Positions 1 through 5,626 of a stretch of 29,229 nucleotides of DNA are shown here, one piece after another; the first letter of the stretch is position 1; every line of letters begins with the position of its first letter. The translations under genes and the position numbers were made by a program. A model generated the notes under the pieces. That model was not told where the DNA came from and made no database searches. It saw only the letters and a program-made list of their open reading frames with translations. The stretch lies in IMG/VR virus record IMGVR_UViG_3300025759_000484, positions 1 to 29,229 of that record. One strand, written 5' to 3'. The DNA comes from a virus (taxonomy: Duplodnaviria; Caudoviricetes).

Positions 1-1
1 G

Positions 2-136
2 GTCTTTTTTCCACAAGTCCCCACCGTGCTCTTCCTGTCCAGCCCGGTATTTGTTTTTGAATAGGTTGGAGAACTCTGCATTGAGTTCCAGCATGTGTGT
101 TGTCTGTTCTGGTGTCATATCAGGTTTCTGCTCCAT
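2..136 (-). CDS. Partial (N-terminal part only) phage protein, possibly all-alpha NTP-pyrophosphohydrolase-like
   Basis: Not in the ORF track. ATG at 136 just downstream of the MTase stop; the frame stays open to the window edge: MEQKPDMTPEQTTHMLELNAEFSNLFKNKYRAGQEEHGGDLWKKD. The KY..GQ.EHGGDLW motif resembles small phage MazG/dNTP-pyrophosphatase-like proteins (recalled, unverified). Confidence 0.55.
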   Translation of the reverse strand, partial: MEQKPDMTPEQTTHMLELNAEFSNLFKNKYRAGQEEHGGDLWKKD

Positions 137-154
137 TGCTCAAGAACTCTCATT

Positions 155-712
155 TCAGCCCCAAGTATCTGCCATGGCATCTGCTATGCCGGTATAGGTT
201 TCGCTTCTCTTTTTCCACCTGTCCTCACTCGGAGGCATCTTGTGAATCCTCGCCTCCCGCCCTTCCACGATGTTGGTGGGCTTTAGCAGAGACAGTCCCT
301 CCAGCCACAGACAGGTAGCCTTTGTCTCGCCATGCCCAAACATCCAGGGTTGGATGATCTGCGTGGGCTTGCGCCACATCGAGGACATGATGCTGACCGG
401 ATTCTCAAAGCAACGCCCTGAGATATGCTCAGAACGCCGCACAAGGCGCATGAAAAAGCTGACGGCGGCCTGCTGCCGACCGTCAGCCTTCTTGGCCTCA
501 AAGTGCCGTGCCCCAGAGACTGAGAGATGAGTGCATTCAGGGTGGAAGATAGCAATGTCCAAAGGGTAGTCGATGACGTCAAAGACATCCCCTTGGTAGT
601 GAGGACCGGGAACGTCAGTAGGGAGAAGGTCACAGGACATAGCCTCATGCCCACGGGCAAGGAATGCGTCTCTCACCTTTCCGCTTGTTTCACATCCAAT
701 CAGGACTCTCAT
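155..712 (-). CDS. Short phage DNA (cytosine-5)-methyltransferase-like protein
   Basis: MRVLIGCETSG.VRDAF (SAM-binding motif I variant), SCDL, HPECTHL (catalytic motif IV), FENPVS (motif VI), QPWMFGH..TKATCLWL, RS.TY.GIADAMA..WG; no obvious target-recognition domain. Confidence 0.8.
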   Translation of the reverse strand: MRVLIGCETSGKVRDAFLARGHEAMSCDLLPTDVPGPHYQGDVFDVIDYPLDIAIFHPECTHLSVSGARHFEAKKADGRQQAAVSFFMRLVRRSEHISGRCFENPVSIMSSMWRKPTQIIQPWMFGHGETKATCLWLEGLSLLKPTNIVEGREARIHKMPPSEDRWKKRSETYTGIADAMADTWG

Positions 713-954
713 CAGAACAGTCTTTCTACGAGTTTGTATTCCCGAACAGGACCATCTTGGTCATGCCCGGTGCGGGAAATTATGTTATGCGCCCCATACT
801 CAGGCTTTTGCATCCAGCGCAGCAGAACAGAGAGTTTTGCAACAGGATAGCCAACCCGCTCTGAAAGCTCCTCAAGGGTGAACCAGTCTCCCCCGACCAT
901 GGCGAGATAGACAGCTTGCATGATGTTGCGAAGGCGGTGTTCGTCAGTTCTCAT
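712..954 (-). CDS. Small winged-helix DNA-binding protein
   Basis: WFTLEELSERVGYPVAKLSVLLRWMQKPEYGAH...REYKL is an HTH plus wing pattern; its stop overlaps the MTase start (TGATG). Confidence 0.65.
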   Translation of the reverse strand: MRTDEHRLRNIMQAVYLAMVGGDWFTLEELSERVGYPVAKLSVLLRWMQKPEYGAHNIISRTGHDQDGPVREYKLVERLF

Positions 955-960
955 TTCCAG

Positions 961-1020
961 TTATTGAAAAGACGCCTCAGAGCGTAGCTGACTGAGAACT
1001 GTTAAAGTGAAGTCGTTCAT
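961..1020 (-). CDS. Putative 19-aa leaderless upstream ORF
   Basis: MNDFTLTVLSQLRSEASFQ*; the ATG lies 8 nt below the -10 box of the 1029-1057 promoter, and the stop is 6 nt before the HTH gene start. Confidence 0.3.
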   Translation of the reverse strand: MNDFTLTVLSQLRSEASFQ

Positions 1021-1028
1021 TGGGGCAA

Positions 1029-1057
1029 CTTCTACGCTCAGGCAACGCGCCTGTCAA
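1029..1057 (-). promoter_or_regulatory. sigma70-type promoter for the leftward HTH/MTase operon
   Basis: Minus strand reads TTGACA-N17-TAGAAG. Confidence 0.7.
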
Positions 1058-1187
1058 TACGAAATGTTATAGCAAGTGACACCCGCCCGCATACCCCAGG
1101 ATTACACCGCCGAGCAGATTTCAGGGGTGGTCAAAAAGGAACATTGCGAAAATTGGGCCAGAATCGCAGATCACCCCAAAATAGTCC

Positions 1188-1217
1188 TTGACGACTCGCC
1201 AACCCCCGAATTAGTAT
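1188..1217 (+). promoter_or_regulatory. Candidate sigma70-type promoter pointing into the non-coding structured block
   Basis: TTGACG (1188-1193)-N18-TAGTAT (1212-1217); no credible CDS lies downstream before the terminator at 1777-1808. Confidence 0.45.
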
Positions 1218-1223
1218 CCGACC

Positions 1224-1620
1224 AGCGGGAGGCGCAGAACCCTTCTCCCCGTACCCCTCATCCCCTGTTTAAGCCCGAGCCAAAGCAACCTTAAGCGCGG
1301 GCGCGTCGGCCGCAGGCCGGAAAGCGCGTAAAACCCGCAAGCGAAGGCGAGGGCTGGCGCATGAGCAGCTAAATGAAACCCGAAGCGAGCTCAAGCGAGC
1401 TTTGTAATTCGCTTGAATCCCAGCGGGTACTAGTCCGAGTATAACGCGGGCGCGAGCAAGCTGTAAGCGAAACCCCCGGATTAATGAAAACCGGCGACAT
1501 ACCCCAGCCTTGCCGGGCTACGCCCTTCCGGCTGGTATCCGACATAGCAGGGGATTACGGTGCAGGTCATGAGTTGAAGCATGGACTGGTTGCAAGCTTC
1601 AAAGCGCCAACCCCGGATTA
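1224..1620 (+). ncRNA. Putative structured non-coding RNA or single-strand origin element
   Basis: Long-range helix 1260-1269/1546-1555 plus 1249-1253/1556-1560 encloses at least four nested stem-loops; further hairpin 1574-1580/1596-1602; no convincing ORF. Confidence 0.4.
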
Positions 1621-1644
1621 GGTCTGGCCAGGTCTGATTGGACT

Positions 1645-1684
1645 GTCCGTCCGTCCGCGCCCCTAGGGAGACGGACGGACGGAC
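1645..1684. repeat. 13-bp perfect inverted repeat built from GTCC tetramers around a CCCTAGGG palindrome
   Basis: GTCCGTCCGTCCG (1645-1657) ... CGGACGGACGGAC (1672-1684). Confidence 0.9.
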
Positions 1685-1776
1685 GAACGGAGGCGCGTTC
1701 TAAGGCGTTTTAGTTTTCGACTGGTATGCTGACACCTTGCGAGCCTTAAAACGCGAGAGAGGCGTTTCTAGGGCAC

Positions 1777-1808
1777 AAAAAGGCCGGGCTCGAAAGCCCG
1801 GCCGTTTT
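1777..1808. terminator. Intrinsic terminator, probably bidirectional (main use on the minus strand)
   Basis: 9-bp stem GGCCGGGCT/AGCCCGGCC; loop reads TTCG on minus; T5 tail on minus and GTTTT on plus; lies directly after the stop of 1813-2169. Confidence 0.85.
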
Positions 1809-1812
1809 GACG

Positions 1813-2169
1813 TTAGTCTAAAATCCCCTTGAATCCCGGCTGCCATGAATCCCTACGTTGGACCATCGCCGACCATACCGCCGAATCCCAGCCCTGAAAA
1901 CGGCGCGCCGCCTCCCCTCCGCGTGGGCCGTAAACTGTAACTTCAACGCACGGTGTCCCTGGCAGCTTGTCTAAAACCCATTGTGCCGCCTTTTTGGGAC
2001 AATCACTCGTCACGGAAATCCATTGCGTTTTGCCCTGGAAATTGTCCAGCCCTAACGCCGCCCGCTCATTGAAATCGATCCGCACGGCGTATTTGTGAAT
2101 TCGCTTTCCGTTCAATTTGCCAAGAAAACGCGTCCATTTCCGGTTGTCTACGTAGTTCTGCATGATCAA
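1813..2169 (-). CDS. Hypothetical early protein (basic, GPRGG motif)
   Basis: Overlaps the upstream gene stop and is followed by a terminator; start may be the ATG at 2163. Confidence 0.75.
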   Translation of the reverse strand: MIMQNYVDNRKWTRFLGKLNGKRIHKYAVRIDFNERAALGLDNFQGKTQWISVTSDCPKKAAQWVLDKLPGTPCVEVTVYGPRGGEAARRFQGWDSAVWSAMVQRRDSWQPGFKGILD

Positions 2170-2843
2170 TTTTGGATGAAGTTAGCGCCAACCCCGTGAG
2201 CGGGAATGAATATGGATTTCGCCGGACGGGAATTCCCAGCGCACAATTTACAATCCCGGCATTCAACGCCCCGTGCGCTGGGGCATTCGATTTCTCCGTC
2301 AGCTCCCGTTTCCGCGATTCTGAAAGTGCGCCATCCCCGCCGCCATGCTGTTTTGGCGTCCCTCTCGTTTTCAACGGATGCCATTAAATATTGACGGTAT
2401 CCCTTGAAAACCGGATTGCGCCATTGATGGGTGTAACCGGTAAATCCGGCAGAACTAGCCGCCATTGCGGCAAGCTTGGGAAGCGGGATATGAACTGGAT
2501 CACCATAGGCGCCAAACCGGATTTCACGCCCATTAAACAAGGCGCCATAGTCGCCGGATTCAGCTTTCTGGTAACCGCCAGACTCCCATGATTTCCATAT
2601 TCCAAGCGGGGCCTGGCCCACATTTACGTAGCAACCGCGCTCCTTTCCGCGATTTCCACGCAACGGACAATCGCCGCAAACTCTAGCATCCGTTCCTTTC
2701 GCTAGAGATTCAACGGGATTCTCCCGCCGGTTCAGAATCCATGTTTGAATCATGTTTCCCGTTTTACGATTTTGTGAAGACATGGTCGCAATCACAATGC
2801 GCCAGGAATCTGAATGTATTATGTAGCCGTTTTGTTTTTTCAT
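2166..2843 (-). CDS. Cys-rich GP88/radical-SAM-like (putative Fe-S) phage protein
   Basis: SQNRKTG, CGDCP-x10-CY, RFGAYGD, GYTHQW, ASVE, GWRTFR, CP-x6-CRDCKLC, IPAHG motifs. Start placed at MKKQ (2843) behind AAAGGA. Confidence 0.7.
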   Translation of the reverse strand: MKKQNGYIIHSDSWRIVIATMSSQNRKTGNMIQTWILNRRENPVESLAKGTDARVCGDCPLRGNRGKERGCYVNVGQAPLGIWKSWESGGYQKAESGDYGALFNGREIRFGAYGDPVHIPLPKLAAMAASSAGFTGYTHQWRNPVFKGYRQYLMASVENERDAKTAWRRGWRTFRIAETGADGEIECPSARGVECRDCKLCAGNSRPAKSIFIPAHGVGANFIQN

Positions 2844-2862
2844 TTTCTTGTTTCCTTTCATT

Positions 2863-2889
2863 AAAAAGCCCCGGCCGGAGCCGGGGCTT
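2863..2889 (-). terminator. Intrinsic terminator-like hairpin within the early operon
   Basis: Minus strand: GCCCCGGC-TCCG-GCCGGGGC-TTTTT. Confidence 0.7.
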
Positions 2890-2899
2890 GTGTAATAGT

Positions 2900-2986
2900 T
2901 CAGACGGTCGCAATCCAGACCAGCAAAATCAGGAGCGCGGAACAGGCAAAGCCGAACAGGTCAAAGATTAATTCGCGGACCTTCAT
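2900..2986 (-). CDS. 28-aa single-pass membrane peptide
   Basis: Not in the ORF track. MKVRELIFDLFGFACSALLILLVWIATV*; ATGA overlap with the upstream gene stop; ends just before the terminator. Confidence 0.65.
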   Translation of the reverse strand: MKVRELIFDLFGFACSALLILLVWIATV

Positions 2987-3495
2987 TCCACACTCCATTC
3001 GTTTTTCTGGCCAACGAGAATCCCCGTGCCGATCTCAATCTCACGGATGACGCCATCCCAGGCAATCGATTGTCCGGACGTAGTGCGCCCCCAGATGGTG
3101 AAGTCAAACAGCTCACCAACCGCCTCCCCGCGCTCTTTGAGCTGTTTGCCAAGCCAGGGCGTGACGATCCAATGTTCCAAAACTTCGGGCGGTTCGTAGT
3201 CTTCGACGGCTTGCCTGAAAATCCCGTCCAAATCCAGATCTCCATTGTGATCGATGTGGTCTTCTCGTGTTTCTTGCGAATACCGGAATTCTTCCCCTCT
3301 CAACCGGACAATTGTGTCCAGAGTTCCGTCGTCGATCAATTCGCATTCATCAATGTCCGGCGGCGGCGGGAAATATAGATCCTGGAGCCATTCCTGCGGG
3401 AATGTATCTCCCAGATTCAATTCATGAACCATTCGCGAGCAACAATGCACAATTTCAAGTTTTGCAAGCTTCTCACAAATCCATTGGTTTTTCAT
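2983..3495 (-). CDS. Acidic early phage protein (EHWIV..WL...GE.V...IWGRTTSGQ family)
   Basis: Recognisable C-terminal motif EVLEHWIVTPWLGKQLKERGE...IWGRTTSGQSIAWDGVI; D/E-rich centre; start at MKNQ behind the shared leader motif. Confidence 0.8.
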   Translation of the reverse strand: MKNQWICEKLAKLEIVHCCSRMVHELNLGDTFPQEWLQDLYFPPPPDIDECELIDDGTLDTIVRLRGEEFRYSQETREDHIDHNGDLDLDGIFRQAVEDYEPPEVLEHWIVTPWLGKQLKERGEAVGELFDFTIWGRTTSGQSIAWDGVIREIEIGTGILVGQKNEWSVE

Positions 3496-3544
3496 TTCGT
3501 TCTCTTTCATTTTAGTGTTCGTGTATTTTTTTGTCTGTGCCGGT

Positions 3545-3982
3545 TCAAAAACGTTTGAGCTGAATGCGAATGCCCAATTCACGCATGAGCGCAGGTGTCA
3601 AAGCTTCCAAAGCTTCCCCGTTAATATCGTGTGCCGCGACAGGCAAATGGCATCGATTGTTCGCGGGCACCCCGTTCCCACGCCAGGAATTTGCCTCTTC
3701 CCAACAAGCTTGCTCATGCTCCGTCGCAAACTCTTCCGGCGGCATTTCACCGTCCGGCAACAATTCGTCAATTGCGCATGCATAGGCGTCTTCCAATGTT
3801 TGAGCGCGAATGATGCCGACGATACCCATACTGTCGCGCATGAGCCAAAGAGGGCCAAAGCCATCTTCCCATACGTCAATCGAATGCTTTATCCCACCCT
3901 CCCACGTACGAAAAAACGCCGATTCAAGAGATGTGCAATCGGTGGGACTTATTTGCCGGTTTAGCTTTGTTTGTGTTTTCAT
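3545..3982 (-). CDS. Hypothetical acidic early protein
   Basis: Start at MKTQ (3982) behind the shared leader motif; the longer 4105 start would overlap the neighbouring gene. Confidence 0.75.
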   Translation of the reverse strand: MKTQTKLNRQISPTDCTSLESAFFRTWEGGIKHSIDVWEDGFGPLWLMRDSMGIVGIIRAQTLEDAYACAIDELLPDGEMPPEEFATEHEQACWEEANSWRGNGVPANNRCHLPVAAHDINGEALEALTPALMRELGIRIQLKRF

Positions 3983-4026
3983 TTCGTTTCTCTTCATTGT
4001 GCCGGGCAATCCCCGGCGGGTTTTTG

Positions 4027-4179
4027 TTAATAGCCAAGCCAGTTGAGAACATCGCGCAACGTAGGCTGGATCGATTCCAGGCGGTATTCGTGGGAGTATG
4101 CGCACCAGGCAAGGATGCGCCCGTTATGCTCAGCGCAAACCATGCCGTGTTGCCGGATGTAGTTTAATAGGTCGTTCAT
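4027..4179 (-). CDS. Hypothetical 50-aa protein (C-terminal TLRDVLNWLGY)
   Basis: ATGA overlap with the upstream stop, GGAGG upstream; the WLGY ending is typical of a small phage early-protein family (recalled). Confidence 0.7.
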   Translation of the reverse strand: MNDLLNYIRQHGMVCAEHNGRILAWCAYSHEYRLESIQPTLRDVLNWLGY

Positions 4180-4478
4180 TGCGCCTCCGCCCAATATTCC
4201 AATTGTTCCATGACTTCCCTTGCCAATTCCATGCAATTGGAATCGCGGTAAAGGTAAATCACAACCCAATGTGGAAGGTGGTAACAAGCACCGGCAAAGG
4301 AATTGTCTCCGGTTTGCCAAGCCCATTCAGACATTGATTCGTCTGTGGCAAAGGTAACGCACATTCCCGGCGTGTTGTCGTCAAAATCGTCAGTTGCCCG
4401 ATCGTCGTCATCAATTGATGTCTTGAATTGCTTCAATGCCTCGTAAAAGGCGCAAACTGTAGGTTTCATGGTTTTCAT
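4176..4478 (-). CDS. Hypothetical acidic early protein (WQTGDNSF motif); first gene of the leftward operon
   Basis: AAAGGA SD before MKTMK; D/E rich. Confidence 0.75.
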   Translation of the reverse strand: MKTMKPTVCAFYEALKQFKTSIDDDDRATDDFDDNTPGMCVTFATDESMSEWAWQTGDNSFAGACYHLPHWVVIYLYRDSNCMELAREVMEQLEYWAEAQ

Positions 4479-4537
4479 TGTCTGGTTCCTTTCGTTGGGG
4501 GCTGTTGTCATATCATTCATTGCGATGAATTGCGATG

Positions 4538-4578
4538 ACCCTTAACAATTCGTTATTGATGATGTCCAGATTTTTTTT
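4538..4578 (-). promoter_or_regulatory. Candidate leftward early promoter with upstream A-tract
   Basis: Minus strand: A8-TC-TGGACA-N18 (ending TGT)-TAAGGG; a tandem ATTGCGATGA repeat lies just downstream (4520-4539). The -10 match is weak. Confidence 0.35.
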
Positions 4579-4740
4579 GCACAATCTGCCACCTGGCCAA
4601 ACGTCGCCCAAAACGCCGCCCAAAGCCTAGCACGCCCAGCCCGGCGCATTGTGTCCCGCGGAGTGCTGAGACGAGGGACAACGCCCGCCAGGGCCTGCAA
4701 TGGGCATCATAGACTGGAGCGCAAACAGCCCGGCGATTAA

Positions 4741-4787
4741 GGGCAGGCGGGCAGGCGGGGATGAATGGCGGAAAGGGATGAATGGCG
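4741..4787 (+). repeat. Short direct repeats in the divergent intergenic region
   Basis: GGGCAGGC x2 (4741-4756); GGGATGAATGGCG x2 (4758-4770, 4775-4787). Confidence 0.8.
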
Positions 4788-5266
4788 AGCAACATAAGTA
4801 GAATGGTAATGATTACGCTACGTGTCTGATTAGTCGCGCCTCCGCCTTTCCCTCCCCGCTCCCTCCGCCCGTCCAAAGTTAATCGCGTCTAACAATGTTT
4901 TACACGCCATCCTTTGAACCTAATTAATATTGTGCGAAGGACGTTGAAGCTACAACGGTTTACGCATGCGGGCTGCCGCATAGCATAGGCTCGGGCCTGT
5001 TTTCAGCCTGTATTGGGCAGGCCGCCGTTCTTACTCTGCATTGCGGGACCAGGTGGACACCCCGGTCGGGGGGGTGATCCACGCGCGCGCTTACCTCCTT
5101 ACGCAAACAGAATGTGTGTGCCCCCTTTTTTAAAACACCTCTCAATCCCCTCTCTCGCTCCATCACAGATCTTACTCTGTTTGCCCCGTATCTGCGTTCT
5201 GAGGCGTTTTCCATGTCCTTGAGGCTGGTGATACCTCCCCTTGTATTGTAGCTGTAGAAGCCCTGC

Positions 5267-5296
5267 TTGACAGATATGACGGTTTGTTGTTAGATA
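5267..5296 (+). promoter_or_regulatory. sigma70-type promoter of the rightward packaging/structural operon
   Basis: TTGACA-N18-TAGATA with a TGn extension, 10 nt before the ATG at 5307. Confidence 0.6.
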
Positions 5297-5306
5297 CGTG
5301 TCACCC

Positions 5307-5474
5307 ATGAACAAGATGAAGAGTTCCCACATTGAAATACACCCCTGCGAGAACGGTTGGATTGTGACTGCGTATGATCCGATGAGGATATGGGCATTTG
5401 AGTCTGTGTCCCATGTCGCTAACTTTGTGAAGGAGTTCTTTTCGCAGCAGGAGGAGAGTAGTGATGAAGGTTAA
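5307..5474 (+). CDS. Hypothetical 55-aa protein
   Basis: Not in the ORF track. MNKMKSSHIEIHPCENGWIVTAYDPMRIWAFESVSHVANFVKEFFSQQEESSDEG*; the I.I...ENGWIV...FES pattern is common in small phage proteins. Confidence 0.7.
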   Translation: MNKMKSSHIEIHPCENGWIVTAYDPMRIWAFESVSHVANFVKEFFSQQEESSDEG

Positions 5475-5625
5475 GTCTGAGAAAACTGAGAGGGTAATTA
5501 TCGAGATGGACGGGCCGGAGGCTCGTTCCATCCGTGATTGGCTGACTGCCCAGGCTGACGCCCAGCCTCCCCACTCTCCGGTGGGTCGGCTGCGGGTTAA
5601 ACTGACTAATGCAATGGCTGAGTAA
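5464..5625 (+). CDS. Hypothetical 53-aa protein
   Basis: Not in the ORF track. GGAGG SD; MKVKSEKTERVIIEMDGPEARSIRDWLTAQADAQPPHSPVGRLRVKLTNAMAE*; fills the gap to the ATG at 5627. Confidence 0.65.
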   Translation: MKVKSEKTERVIIEMDGPEARSIRDWLTAQADAQPPHSPVGRLRVKLTNAMAE

Positions 5626-5626
5626 T

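Noticed and set aside
1076-1294. 72-aa plus-strand ORF
   Set aside because: GTG start without SD, Pro-rich low-information product, overlaps a promoter candidate and repeat boxes; more likely non-coding.
1224-1620. Known RNA classes (tRNA, tmRNA, hammerhead, group I intron, retron msr-msd)
   Set aside because: No T-loop/CCA end, no CUGAUGA core, no recognisable intron P7, and no reverse transcriptase in the window.
4553-5332. Several 69-107-aa ORFs in the divergent region
   Set aside because: No SD or coupling, mutually overlapping, and composition typical of non-coding DNA.
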